Made by a program: the position numbers and the translations under genes
Notes under the pieces: model-generated
Databases searched by the model: none
The model's input: the letters and a program-made list of their open reading frames with translations, nothing else
What the model was told of the DNA's origin: nothing
Source: the human T2T-CHM13v2.0 reference genome, Homo sapiens
Direction: 5' to 3' (one strand)
Assembly (NCBI RefSeq): GCF_009914755.1
Contig: NC_060947.1
DNA length: 64,000 nt
In this document: in pieces, positions 30,308-44,149 of the stretch
Layout of the letters: every line of letters starts with the position of its first letter
Numbering within the stretch: the stretch's first letter is position 1

Positions 30308-33300
30308 AAGAAAGTGGTTCAGGGATAGGCGTGGTGGCTCCCGCCAGCTTGGGGGACATAGGGAGACCCCTTTTCTACTAAAAATTTTGAAAAACAGCCA
30401 GGCATGGTGGAGCATGCCTGTAGTCTCAGCTACTTGGGAGGCTGAGATGGAAGCATCGCTTGAGCGTGGGAGTGAGCCATGATTTCTCCACTGTAATCCA
30501 GGCTGAGCAACAGAGTGGGACCCCATCTCAAATAAAACAGAAATAAAAGAAAGTGTCTCAGGGCCAGCTGCGATGGGTGGTGAAGCTTCATTTCAAAGGT
30601 CAATCACTGCCATGAACATTAATACTCAGATGGTTCTGTGGTAGTCATAGCTCTGAGATCCTGGGACTGATGTCCTTCTTGATGAGGATAGCCCTCTCCA
30701 GGCTGGGACACAAGAGCAAGGTGCCAGGCTAGGTCATCAGGCTACCAGGGACAGCTGTCTGCTGTGGGATCACAGATGAGATCAGGAGAAGGACAGCTGA
30801 AGGGAGGAGAAGGGAGACAACCTCCTCAGAGGAGGTGCAGGTGTCTGTTACTGAAGGGAAGGCATTTGCCCTAAGTCCTGACATTGCTCTAGGCTCCCAT
30901 GGATGGACACGATGGTACCAGAAAGATCCAAGGCTGGTGGGAGGAGCACGATAGCTTCCATCACCTCCCATCTTATGTGTTCACTGGTCCCTTAGGGAAG
31001 TCCATGCAATTTTGGAATCTAAAGGGTTATTTTCTGGCATTCCCTCCATTCACCACCCACAAAGAGAAGGGATTTGAGATAAACTGAGGTCTTCAGGGAG
31101 AAAGGCCAGATGGAGTTGTGAGGCCTTCTCAAAAGTCCCTCTGCCCTACCCTTATGGTGAGTCTCACACTGCATTCATCATGTCTTGTGTTCCTGTGTGC
31201 TCTGAGGTCTCTCTTCTCAACCTCATGTCTGTCTTGGGAAGAGTGGGTATATTGCAGACAGTTTTGCAACCTAAGGGATTTAATCAGTTTTCTGAAACTT
31301 CCCTAGCCTGGGCAGTAAATTCCCAGATCCTAGGGCACCATTCCGACCACACTACATGAGACTCACTGGGTGTGAATCGTGGAATCTTCACTTTTAAAGG
31401 ATCCTGGATTCCAACTTTCATGGAAACTTGTCTGAGAACTAGTAGAGCAGGGGAGTAGTCTCCTTTCCCAGCTGCACAGCTTCTTTCTCCTTTGTGAAGG
31501 TATAGAAGGGACAGGTTTTTTTGTGTTCTCTGATGTACAAACCCAAGATCTTCAGGTGAAGACATGCTGCCGTTATGGTAATGACACACTCAGGGCACTG
31601 TCTCCAAATCATACCCAGGCCAATCCTTTCAAGTCTCCATCTCTTAACTATTTCTGAAGAAATCAAATGTCTCTTGCCTGTGCAGTCCCATGCTATAAAA
31701 TTCTAAATATTTTGCTATAGCCTTTGGCTCTTACCCTTCAGATCTTACCCTTGCACAAATATGCAGCACAATAGAGTTTTCCATGATGCCTCTGACCTGT
31801 GCCTCCACCACTCAGTGCTGGTGACACTGAGAAAGTTACTTAACATCTCTGTGACTCCTTTCTCCAATAGTACCATAGAAATACTACTAGTAAATTTATG
31901 TAGTTCTTGGGGCAGTTTAGAGCACTGAGTGTGTGAAGAAAACATGTACGGTTGTCAGGAAAGTCCCTGGCATATGGTCAATTTCCAATCAATTCTAGCT
32001 GTTACTGTTTTGCTGTTTATATTGTTGCTGTTCCCACATTTCCCTGGGAGCATGTTCCAGAGATACAATGTCACAACTACCTTTGACCCCTTCCATGATC
32101 TTTTGATTATCACTTCATTTCTTCAGGGACTCAAGGACTGAGTCTGTGGGGGCAGGGTGAGGCCATATTTTTATGAGCATAATAAATATTCAGCTCTCCT
32201 TACAGGGTATTGTGGAGCCTAAATGTAATGCTGGGATTTCATCATCATGAGCTTGTATGAAAAATTTAAATGGAAATTTCTCTAGGAAATCAGAAGTCTA
32301 ATGACCTCTTCATGTGATTTGTATAATGCTTGGAAAAGTAATTAGTGACTGGATAAGGATAGCATGTAAATATATAAATATTAAAAATTTTATGAATTTT
32401 CTATTTCATAGTTTGTGTGTTTTGTATCCCATCTATCGTTGTTTTACATGTTGCCACAGATTCTCCTACATTTTCTTCTAGAAGTGTGATAAGTTCTATG
32501 ATGCATTTTGAATTAACTTTTGTATATGGTGTGAGACAAAGGTTCAGGTTCACTTGTTTGCATGTCAATGTCCAATTGTTCCACCATCATTCTCTGAATA
32601 CAGCATCCTTTCCCACTAAATTATCTTGGGACCTTATGGAAAAAAATTAACGAGAATATATAGGTCTAGCTTTGGCCCTTATTTCTTTCCTTATGCCAAT
32701 ATCACAGTGTCCTGATTACCACAGTTATGAAATACATCTTGAAAACAGGTAACGATTCCTCCAATATTCTTTGTTCTTTATAAAATTGTTAGACTATTCC
32801 AGTCCCTTTGCTTTTCCATATAAACTTTGAATTCAGCTTATCAATTTGTAGAAACAAAAAGTTGCATGGATTTTGATTGTGGTTACATTGAATGTGTAGT
32901 TCATTTGGGAGAAACTGACATGTTCACAATCTTGAGTATTGCAATCCATTAACGTGGTATACCTCTCCACTGATTTCAGCCTGCTTTAATATTTCACAGC
33001 AATGTTTTTTAGGCTTCTGAGTACAGGTTTTGCACATATTTTGTTAAATGTTACCACTAAACATTTCATGAGATTTTGCCGCTATATTAAGTGGCATTGA
33101 TTTTAAATTTTCAATAGTTTGTTGCTGCGAAAGTCAAACTTCTCTTGTACATATTACCATGCTAAACTCACATATACATGTATAAATATATTCAAGTCAT
33201 GGGGTGAATCTCATTTGGCTATGATGTTGTAAATTTTTAATATATTCCTAGTTTTGACCTGCTATTATTATAGCATAAACATAAATCTATGCTTTTATAG

Positions 33301-33510
33301 ACATGAGTTATATTAGTCTGTCATGTTGTTTTTTCATGATGTTTGTCTGGTTTTGATACCAGGTTGATGTGGACTCTGTAAAATGTTTTGAAAAGTGTGA
33401 TCTCTTTTCAATTATAAAGAGTTTGTGTAGAAACAACATTATTTCTTTCACAAATGTTTTGCAGGATTATCCAGTGAAGTCACCAGAAACGTGAAATTTA
33501 TTTGAGAAAA
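30308..33510 (+). repeat. Segmental duplication block B (direct copy at 41625-44065)
   Basis: Shared CAGGGCCAGCTGCGATGGGTGGTGAAGCTTCATTTCAAAGGTCA and colinear downstream sequence; 31516-32370 is absent from the copy. Confidence 0.85.
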
Positions 33511-33549
33511 AATCTTTATTTCATTTCTTTGTTTCTGATGTATTTCTTC

Positions 33550-35010
33550 CTTTTTGATGTATAATGTAAAATGTATAATCTTTTGCAAACACTCTTTTTA
33601 ATGTTCTGGCTTGAATCTATGGTCTGTATGCCAAATGGGCTCCTGGAAATAGTCTCTCTTGGAAGAAAATGGTTAATGTCACCTTAGGAACTGCATCAGG
33701 GAAATGAATAGAAAGGCCAGCATTGCATTTATTTTTACTCTATTGTGCAGAAGGGCAAAAATATTTATTTGGGCTCGTTTACCCTACTGTGGTTTTTAAG
33801 GTACAGTAACCGTTTGTACCCAGTTTTCTTCTACCGTGATGTCAACATGAATGATGCCTCTTTTTACACTTGAAAGTATTCCCATTTGTATAATTAAATA
33901 TAAGGTCACATTACTCTTAAGCTATCACTATCAGTTTTGTCATCAATGTGTGACAGCATTATGAACTGTGCCACACACGAAAAAATGGAGGGATATGGAA
34001 ATGGAAAACAATAGTAAGACATCTGAAAAAGTCAAAATCAGTTTCTGAAAGTAAATGGGATGCCTTCCGAGCTTATCAACCATTTCATTCATGCTCTGAA
34101 AATATTAGAGTTCAAGATTTTATTCACTTTCAATAATGCCCTATATTAAATCACCCTGTCTTGTTCATATTCCATGTCGTGCTTTTTCCATTTTCTGCAA
34201 GATGGTGTAAACTACTGAATACTCTATTCATACCTATTTTTCAAAAGACCATTCTTTTAAATGCATTACATTTGAATTATTTTTTCTTTTACTGATGATT
34301 TGTAACTGTCTTTTATTCATTACCTCTTTCTTTTTCCTTTAAGTTTATTCTGTGGCTCTTTTATTATTATTTCATAGTATTATTTTCTTTTATCATGTAA
34401 TCAGCTATTTATTTTAAGAAGATTTGCATTTAAAGCTATGATCTCCCAAAAAATAAAACAGAGTCTTGTTCAATAGGCTGCTGGAAATCGTCCGAGAACT
34501 ATCTTTTAACGTAAACAGTCTAATGGAATGGTTCAGCAGAGGAGAGTAAAAACATTTAGGTAATTTCTCCCTTAAACATGGAGTGTTTCTTTTAACTTCA
34601 AGAGGTATTCTAATTAACAGTCACCAATTTGGAAAATATGTGTAAAATATATTTATGTCAACCACTCAGGAATTAGCACATTACTGTTATTGTACTTTAA
34701 ACCCTGTCATCTAATGTCTCAAGGCAGAAACCTGTAATGTGTAATGTATGGTATGGTTAGAGGTGACTCTACTATATGAGTCTTTAATCTAATTACACGA
34801 AGTAGCTCATGAAGACTGACTGACAAGAGGGCAGGGAGCATGCTTAGCAGAAGCATCTTACACCCACCTTAAGCATCACTGACCTACATGCATTCTCCCT
34901 GCTATACTGGCCACAGAAATCTGATGATCTCTTGCCATTTTATCATTCAGTCATTCAAGGCTTCACTGCGGGAAGGCTTTAAAATGCAGTTATTCTTTAA
35001 GAGCCAGAGA
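33550..35010 (-). pseudogene. Orphan XAGE intron fragment (no exon)
   Basis: Reverse complement aligns by eye to XAGE1 intron 62570-63990 (e.g. CAGTCATTCAAGGCTTCACTGCGGGAAGGCTTTAAAATGCA) and to 24.2-26.0 kb. Confidence 0.8.
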
Positions 35011-36074
35011 ATTCCTTTGGCAACAACCTCTCAGACACACCCAGGAACAATACTTTGCACCCTTTGATCCAATCAAGTTGACACTTAATATTAAACATCA
35101 CCTGCAGACCTGGACTTTAATGATTCCTGAGTGGCCTCACTCCAGCTTCAAAGGGCAGGCTTGAATTTCTTGCCAAATTTGAACTTCCTGCTGCCATTCC
35201 TGTGGACTGTAACTCCGGACCTGCTGAATGAGTTCAAAGGATCATTATAGTATTGGGATTGGGAAAGTTGTGAAGGAGCCCTTGTGACAAACAGGAAGCA
35301 GCAGAAAGTATGAAAGACACTGTAGAGACAAGAAGAGTTGCTTGATACATGACCCTAGCAACTCTCTAGCTGCTAAGGGAGGAAACAGAGCTGGGACCAA
35401 CACAGCCAGTCTACCTGTGAGAGGGCTCAATTTCCCACATGACCAGAGCTTCCCATCCTCCATGCATGGGAATCTACGACCAAACTTAGATTTCCACAGG
35501 ATGGTGGGGGGGTGGGACAAAGTCTACAGATTCTGAGCAGCTGGCAAGTTTCAGGGTACCAGAGTAAACACTGTCACGTGACCTCAGATTGCTTGGTGGT
35601 TGAGGCCAAATTATTTACTACCTAACATTTTCAGTGTAGCTCTCCCACTTGCCTCATAAAATGGAGCACCATAAGGGAATGGAGGTCCCTGTGCATTCAC
35701 AGGGAGGTCTCCGTGAATGCATGCAATGCATGACATTCAGCTATGCTGCAGCCCAAGCAAAGCCTCCTCATGATACCAACAGAAGAGGTCACATGTACTT
35801 TCTGTCCCCTTTGCCTGTGAGTTCCCATCTGTCCAACTAAGACTTCACCTGTGCAAAACAGACACTGATATCTGCAGATGAAACACATATTTCATCAGTA
35901 ATTGTATATTTTGTAGTGGCTTTTGTGGCCCATATCAAAGATGACATTTTTGTCTAAAAGCACTGAATTGCTAAGGAGGGCGACAAAATTGGGTTCTAAT
36001 GTGTTTTTGCATTTATTCTATAGCAACATTTACCAACCATCCAAGATGTTCTCTGAAAAGGCTTTAATTATTTC

Positions 36075-36153
36075 TTTTTTTTATTATTATACTTTAAGTT
36101 CTAGGGTACATGTGCACATTGTGCAGGTTAGTTACATATGTATACATGTGCCA
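36075..36153 (-). mobile_element. ~80-bp 5'-truncated young L1 (L1HS/L1PA2-like) 3' end
   Basis: TTATTATACTTTAAGTTCTAGGGTACATGTGCACATTGTGCAGGTTAGTTACATATGTATACATGTGCCA; absent from block A at ~16790. Confidence 0.8.
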
Positions 36154-36657
36154 TCTAAACTAGTTTTTAGTCCATGTTCGATCATAAGATTAATGTTGTC
36201 AGCCAAAAACAGCATTTTAAAGAACAGCATTTTAAAAAATGGAGGTAAAATAAATTACTAAATAGCGTTCACTGCATAGAGAATATACAAATACACTGCA
36301 CATTCCTATACACATACATATATTTATTTGCCTAGTCAACTATATATAAACTGTGTATTTATCACACATTGTCATAAAAGAGTTTGAACGTCACTACTTC
36401 AGGGGTTATCAGACAAAACGTTTACAGGCCACTTCCATAGCCATCTGTGAAGATGATGGATTAAGACATGCTCAGAATAAGTTCACTGTTGTCTGTAGCT
36501 TTCTACATAATGCTTGAAATAGCACTCAGTGATGTTTAAATTGTCAGTTTGACTGCAGGGTGTGTTCATGTGTGTGTTCCTGCAATCATCTGATGATGCT
36601 TTGATATGTCTCCTTTTATTTCCTCCTTTATTATTTACTGGGTCTTATGGTTACTAT

Positions 36658-37139
36658 TGAGAGAAGAGAGAGATCCTCTCATATTGTTTTATATTGTTTT
36701 ATATTCAGTATCTTTTTTAAGAAAAAACAACAAGGAAGTAAAACCAAAGACAGGCAGCCCCGCGCCAGGCCCAAAACCTGACCCGGGCCTGCCTGGCCTA
36801 AACCTAGTAGTTAAAAATCAACTCATGACTTAGAAACCGATGTTATTCATAGATTCCAGACATTGTATAGAAGAACATTGTGAAACTCCCTGCCCTGTTC
36901 TGTTTCTCTCTGACCACCGGTGCAGGCAGCCCCTGTCACATACCCATTGCTTGCTCAAATCAATCACGACCCTTTCATGTGAAATCTTTAGTGTTGTGAG
37001 CCCTTAAAAGGGACAGAAATTGTGCATTCGGAGAGCTCGGATTTTAAGACAGTAGCTTGCCGATGCTCCCAGCTGAATAAAGCCCTTCCTTCTACAACTC
37101 GGTGTCTGAGAGGTTTTGTCTGCGGCTCGTCTGGCTACA
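36658..37139 (+). mobile_element. Solo LTR2B-like element (HERV-E/Harlequin, ERV1)
   Basis: TG...CA ends, 482 bp, 4-bp TSD CTAT (36654-57/37140-43), AATAAA near the 3' end; sequence resembles LTR2B; empty site in block A at ~17380. Confidence 0.85.
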
Positions 37140-40100
37140 CTATTATGTAATTCATTAGCATAGTGCCAGTGACATCTGTGGTACTCAGTGTCAATCCAAT
37201 TTACATGAATTTTAAAAATGTTTTCAAGTGTGAATACTTTTTCTTACCAACTTTCCTTAAGCACTTCAAGGAGTTGAATGCAATTCAATACTAGTAGTTG
37301 ATGTTATATCATACTGAGCTATAATCCTGCTAAATTGCTAATCTACTAACTGTTGTTATGCCTCAGCTTTCATGTCACCATAATGCTTAGATAAATGACA
37401 CAAAGACCAAAACATAGAAATAAGGATTCTGAGATATTGACTTTTTTTTAATTTCCAAATTTTACTTTAAGTTCAGGGGTACATGTGAAGGATGTGCAGG
37501 TTTCTTACACAAGTAAATGTGTGCCACGGTGATTTACCGCACACATCATCACATCACCCAGATATTAAGCCCAGTATCCGTGAGCTGTTCTTCCTGATCC
37601 TCTCCCTCCTCCCACCCCCGCACTCCAGTACGCCCCAGTGAGTGATGGTTCTCCCATGTGTCCATGTGTTTTCATCATTTACCTCCCACTTATAAGTGAG
37701 AACATCCGGTATTTGGTTTTCTGTTCCTGCATTAGTTTGCTAAGGATAATGGCCGCCACCACCATCCACCTCCCTGCCAAGGACATGAGCTCATTCATTT
37801 CATGGCTGCATAGTATTTCATGGCTGCATAGTATTCCATGGTGTATGTGTACCACATTTTCTTGATTCGGTTTATCATTGATGAGATGGACATAGCAAAT
37901 ATCACAAAGACACTTGGTCCTTGCTGTGGGAAATATCGCACTGTGGTGGGGCAGACAGACAAACAGAACAGCAGTTGAAGTGCAAAGGAGAAACACAGGA
38001 AAGGAAACCAGAGGAATAAAAAACAATTAATGTAGTGGCCACGAGGCAGGAGAAAATAACACAATTTTTAAAAGATAATCTTTGTCCATTGCCTTTGCCT
38101 CTTTTCTGAAAGTCAACTTATTAGGTTTGTGAGTCTATTGCTAGACTCTATTTTGATCTGTAGATTTTCCCCCAATATCACACTGTCCTGAATACTGGAG
38201 AAGTAACATAATTGCCATATGGGGCTGGATGATTAAAAATCATAATCAATAGCTTCATTCAATGCTCCTAACTCAAGGCAGCACCCTCACCTCAGCTGAG
38301 GATCCCATGCCTCCCACCTTTTCAGGAGTTCTGCTCCTGCACTGATCATTCCTCTCCCCTGAACCATCAACGGCTCCCTCTATATTGGATCAACCCCCAA
38401 GCCAAGGGGGAAGTCAACTTCTTCCAACTCACTGATAACATAATCAATCAATAAATAAAATAGAATTAATGTGAATCTTGACATTGTGTGGGGTGAATTC
38501 CCCCAAGTTACACTTCAGAATTGTTCTAGATATTCTGGTTCATTTTCCTTTGTAGAAAATTTTGAAAATGGACTCCAATGAAGTGTGTTGCATAAGTTCA
38601 TGCAGTTTTCCTTTGCAGGGCAGCAGACACATGTGTTCGTAGCTACAGAAGGACATGGGGGAAGAAGGTGAGTTTTCCCGTAGCTGGAGAATGATCCAAT
38701 GTAGAGGGAGCAGTCGATGGTTCAGGAGAGAGGAGTGATCACTACAGGAGCAAAGCCCATGACAAGGTGGGACGCATGGTATACTGACCTGAGGTGAGGG
38801 GGCTGGCTTCAATTAGGAGTATTGTATGCAGAAGGGCAGCAGAGAATGTCCATGAATCACTGAAGGTGAGGGTGGCCTTGGGGGTCCCTGACACAGTGTC
38901 AACAACCGTGTGATTCACCAGCAGGACCCTGACTCACTACAATATGGTGAAAGCTTTCTTTGAGTAAAGGAAGAGTGAAGGGGTAGAGATGATGAAGCTG
39001 TCACTCCTGGGAGACTATGCATTTCCCCATAGTATGAAGCAACAGCCGAGCTGTTGTCTGTTATGAAAAATACATGTACTCCCAGCATTTAACAATAATC
39101 CCTCCAACTGCAAGAGAACTGGCTCACTGGATCCCTCAAACGCTGTTCTGCACAGGATAATGTATGGAGGAAAAGTGCAGCCTGGTGCTGACTTTAATTT
39201 TTGTTTTCTCCTGCAGGCAGGTAGAGACAGGACACAATTGTTGCCAATGAACTTTCAGTAGGTCAAAAATCCTGAACGTTTGAATTGCTGTTTCCTCCAA
39301 GTGGGAGGGAAAAAATTCAGTTTCCTGGGCTGGAGCAAAGCCTTACATAAACCTTAAAACTTAGATAAAGGAAAAATAAGTGAGAAAAAGGCCACGGGCA
39401 GTGGCTCACGCCTGTAATCCCAGTATTTTGAGAGGCTGAGGGAGGAGAATCACTTGAAGCCAGGAGTTCAAGACCAGCTTGGGCAACATAGTGAGACCCC
39501 TGCTCTACACAATTTTTAAAATTACCTGGGCATTGTGGCACATGTCTGTAGTCCCATCTACTCAGAAACGTAAGGCAGGAGGATCGCTTGAGCACAGAAG
39601 TCCTACGCTGTGGTGCACTATAAGTCGTCCAGTGTACTCCAGCCTGGGCAAAAGAGAGAAACCCTGCCTCAAAAAAGGGGTTGCAGGTTTGTGAAGACAC
39701 ATTCCAGCCTCGTCTTCAGCCGGGTTGCCACTGCTGCAGCCCCCTCTCAACATTTCAGGCAGGATCTCTCTTGGCCATGGTACTTGCAAGTGTGGGAATA
39801 TTGAATTTAGTGCTAGGGGTTTAATGGAAATTACAATGATATAAAGAAAACCGCCACAGTTGTAAAATGCCTTTGCATTTTGTGGCTATTAAATCTGGAT
39901 GTGTGATATCGATGGACAGGGTGCAGCAGTTTGACTAACTAATGCCACTGTCACAAGCAAGGAATTCATCTTTTCTACACTTCTCACCGGATAAGTGATA
40001 GAGACAAAAGGATTGGAGGTTATGCAAACTGAGTTTTACAATTATTACAAATTCAGGATTTCATCCTGACCATTTCTTAAATATGATGAATTTTTTCACG

Positions 40101-40949
40101 AAATTTATATTACAATGTGTTTTTCTGAATATGTTTAGTCCCTTCTGCCTACCACCCTTCCAGAAAAAAAAAAAAAAAGTTTTGAGGAAGAAACGGGATG
40201 ATGAAAGAGATAAAAGCGTTTCATCACATAATACTCCATGCTGATTTGTTAACAATTGGAGAAAGCAGAAAACCTGGCACATGAGGAGAAGCAAGGGAGG
40301 GAAGGAAGACATAAGTAGTCTCTGTTTTTCAAAACTGTTCCTGGAAACTCTCCAGTTTTCCTCAAGACATACTTCCCATGCAGGCTTTCCTAGCTGCTGT
40401 GAGTCAACGCTGAAATCACACTGACTGATGAGCCATGATCACCTTACAGGTTTTCATGGAAATCAGTTACCAGTTGACAGGTTCAAAGGTGGAGTAACAC
40501 AATATTAAAAAAGCACACAAGTGTGAACTGATTGAGTCTACAGCATGTATAAAAAGCCTTTATAAAAATTGGCCAAGATGGGAGGATCACTTGAGGCTGT
40601 GTGTTTGAAGGCAGCCTGAGCAACACACTGACACACCTCATCTAAAAAAAAAATTAAATACATTAGGTGGGCATGGTGGCGGCCATCTGCACTCCCAGCT
40701 ACTTGGGAGGTTTCAGTGTGAGGAGGCTTGCTTGAGCCCAGAAGATGGATGCTGCAGTGAGGCGTGATCATGCCACTGCCCTCCACCCTTCACAACAGAA
40801 AAACACCCTGAGAAAAAGGCATGTGTAAATATAGACATAAAATTCTTTATTTCTGTCACAAAAAGTCTTTCTGAGACACACTCCGCACTAAGGGTGACGT
40901 GGGACTCTCTGTTCCCAACGTTTCCGGATGCAGGAGAATGGTTGGACAA

Positions 40950-41033
40950 GACACACACACAGACAGACACACACACACAAACACAGACACACACAGACAC
41001 ACATACACACACACACACACAAGCACACACACA
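40950..41033. repeat. Imperfect (CA)n microsatellite
   Basis: CA-rich run; the paralogous site at 21140 has only an A-run. Confidence 0.9.
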
Positions 41034-41137
41034 AAAGCTCTCGCGTCCCTTTGTTTCCACTACAAACACCCTGGAATTCGGGTGTGGGGATACCAGGAAA
41101 ACCCTGGTCGGCCCTGCCTGTGCCTGACTCAGTGTGT

Positions 41138-41625
41138 CTGCTATAAAGACACATGCACACGTATGTTTATTGCAGCACTATTCACAATAGCAAAGACTTG
41201 GAACCAACCCAAATGCCCATCAATGATAGACTGGATAAAGAAAATGTGGCTCATATACACCATGGAATACTATGCAGCCATGAAAAAGGATGAGTTCATG
41301 TCCTTTGCAGGGACATGGATGAAATTGGAAACCATCATTCTCAGCAAACTGACACAGGAACAGAAAACCAAACACTCCATGTTCTCACTCATAAGTGGTA
41401 GTTGAACAATGAGAACACGTGGACACAGGGAGGGGAACATCACACACTGGGGCCTGTTGGGCGATGGGGGTCTATGGGAGGGATAGCATTAGGAGAAATA
41501 CCTAATGTAGATGACGGCTTGATGGGTGCAGCAAACCATCATGGCACGTGTATACCTGTGTAACAAACCTACACGTTCAGCACACATATCCCAGAACTTA
41601 AAGTATAATAGTAATTTTAAAAGAA
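41138..41625 (+). mobile_element. L1PA 3' fragment bridging blocks A' and B'
   Basis: [31 protein letters not shown]2 end plus 3' UTR to CCCAGAACTTAAAGTATAATA; no TSD seen. Confidence 0.9.
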
Positions 41626-44065
41626 AGAAAATGGTTCACGGCAAGGTAAGGTGGCTCAGACGTCAAATCTCAGCATGTTGAGTCATCGAGGCATGAGGAT
41701 TCCTTCAGCCCCAGAGTTCACGACCATCCTGGGCAACATAGGGAGACCCCGTTTTACAAAAAATTTTAAAAGCATATACCCAGGCATGGTGGAGCATGCA
41801 TGTAATTCCAGCTACTTGTGAGGCTGAGATGGAAGGATTGCTTGAGTCTGGGAGGTCAAGGCTACTGTGAGCCATGATTTCTCCACGGCACTACAGGCTG
41901 AGCAACGCAGTGAGGGCCTGTCTCAAATGAGACAAAAAGAAAAGAAAGTGTTTCAGGGCCAGCTGCGATGGGTGGTGAAGCTTCATTTCAAAGGTCAGCC
42001 ACTGCCATGGGACACTGATGCTAAGGATGGTTCTGTAGTAGTCATGGCTCTGGGACCCTGGGACTGATGTCCTTCCACTCGGGGAGGGCAGCCCTCTCCA
42101 GGCTGGGACATAGGAGGAAGGGGCCAGGCTAGATCATCAGGCTACGAGGGACAGCTGTCTGCTGTGGAATGGCAGATGAGATCAGGAGAAGGACAGCTGA
42201 AAGGAGGAGAGGGGAGACGCACTGCTCAGGCGAGGGGCCGGTCTCCTAAAAAGGGAAGACATTGGCCCTAAGTCGTGTCATTGCTCTAGGCTCCCGTGGA
42301 AGCACATGATGGTGCAAGAAGGAAACCAAGGCTGGTGGGAGGGGAACAATAGCTTGCATCATGCCCCATCCTATGTGTTCAGTGGCCCCTGAAAGGAGCC
42401 CATGCCTTTTGGGGATCGAAAAGGTCATTTCCTGACACAACTCCATTCACCACCCATGAGGAGCAGGGATTTGAGATAAACTGAGGCCTCTGGGGAGAAA
42501 GGCCAGTAAGAGTTGTGAGGTCTTCTCATAAGACGCACTGCCTTACCCTTATGGTGATTTTCACACTGTGTTCATCATGTCCTGTGTTTCTGTGTGCTCT
42601 GAGGTCGCTCTTCTCAACTTCATGTCTGTCCTGGGAAGAGTGGATATATTTCAGACAGTCTTGCTACCTAAGGGATTTAATAAAGTTTCTGGAAGTTCCC
42701 TAGGCTGGGCAGTGAATTCCCAGATCCTAGGACACCATTGTGGCCACACTACATAAGCTTCACTGGGTGTGATTCCTGGAATCTGCACTTTTAACAGATC
42801 TTGGGCTCTAACTTTCACAGAAGCTTGTCTGAGAACTACTAGAGCAGGGGAATAGTCTGCTTTCCCAGCTCCAAAGCTTCTTTCTCCTTTGTGAAGGTAT
42901 AGAAGGGACAGGTTTGTAGTATATAAAATTTTAAAAATGTATGTTTGTTCTATTTCATAGTTTGTGCTTTTTGCATCCTGTCTATCTTTATCTTACACGA
43001 TGCTGCAGATTCCCTTACATTTTCTTCTACAAGTGTTGTAACATTAGCTTTCACATTTAGTTCTATGAAGCATTTTGAGTTAACTTTTGTGTATGGTGTG
43101 AGGCAAAGTTTGAGGTTCATTTGTTTGCATGTCAATGTCCGACTGTTCCAGCACCACTCCTGGAATAAAACATCCTTCCCCACTGAATTCTCTTGGCACT
43201 TTATGGAAAAATCCATTTAACTTGAATATATAGATCTAGCTTCGGACTCTTATGCCTTTTCTTCTGCCAATATCACAGTGTCCTGATTAGCATAGTTGTC
43301 AAATGCATCTCGATATCAGGTAATGTGAGTCCTCCAATATTCTTGGTCCTTTATAAAATTGTTAGGCTATTCTAGTCCCTTTGCTTTCCCATATAAATTT
43401 TGAAGTCAGCTTGTCATTTTATAGCAACAAGAGGCTGCAGGGATTTTTATTGGTTTACACTAGACATATAGATTATTTGGGAGTAACTGACATATTGACA
43501 ATCTTGAGTCTTGCAATCCATTAATGTGGTATGTCTCTCTATTTATTTCAACGTGGTTTCATATTTTTCTGAAATGTTTTTTAGGCTTCTGAGCACAGGT
43601 CTTGCACATATTTTGTTAAATTTTACCACTACAGATTTCACGGGGGGGTTTGCTGCTATATTAAGGGATATCGACTTTCAATTTTCAATTGTTTGTTGCT
43701 GGCATATAAAAATAGCATTGACTTTTCCATGTTCATCTTGTACCATGTTACTTTGCTAAACTCACATGGAGGAAATTCCATTTGGCTAGGATGTAAATTT
43801 TTTATGTTGCTAGTTTCTAACTCCGGTTAATTGTTTTTTACAGAGTTTGTGTCTATGTTCATGAGTTACATTGGTCTGTCATGTTATTTTCTCATAATGT
43901 TGTCTGGTTTTGATATCAGGCTTGTGCTTGCTCTGTAAAATGCTTTGGAAAGTGTGGCCTCTCCTCAATTATCTTGAGTGGAGAACTGGTGTTATTTCTC
44001 CCAGAAACGTTTGGCAGAATTATCCAGTGAAGTCACCAGAAACATGAGGTTTAATTGAGAAATAT
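41625..44065 (+). repeat. Segmental duplication block B' (copy of 30308-33510)
   Basis: ORFs 31118-31306 and 42515-42703 are homologous; colinear L1M remnants. Confidence 0.85.
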
Positions 44066-44149
44066 CTTTGTTGAGTTTCTTTGTTGCTTTTACTGAATCC
44101 AATTCCTTTAATTGATATACGGCTATATATGTCGTTTATTTGTTTTTTA

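Larger units (their letters stand above)
35012..41136 (+). repeat. Segmental duplication block A' (copy of 15735-21265)
   Basis: Starts TCCTTTGGCAACAACCTCTCAGACACAC and ends TGCCTGACTCAGTGTG, as block A does. Confidence 0.9.

Noticed and set aside
40713-41405. ORFs with CV/HT repeats
   Set aside because: Translations of a (CA)n microsatellite and an L1 fragment.
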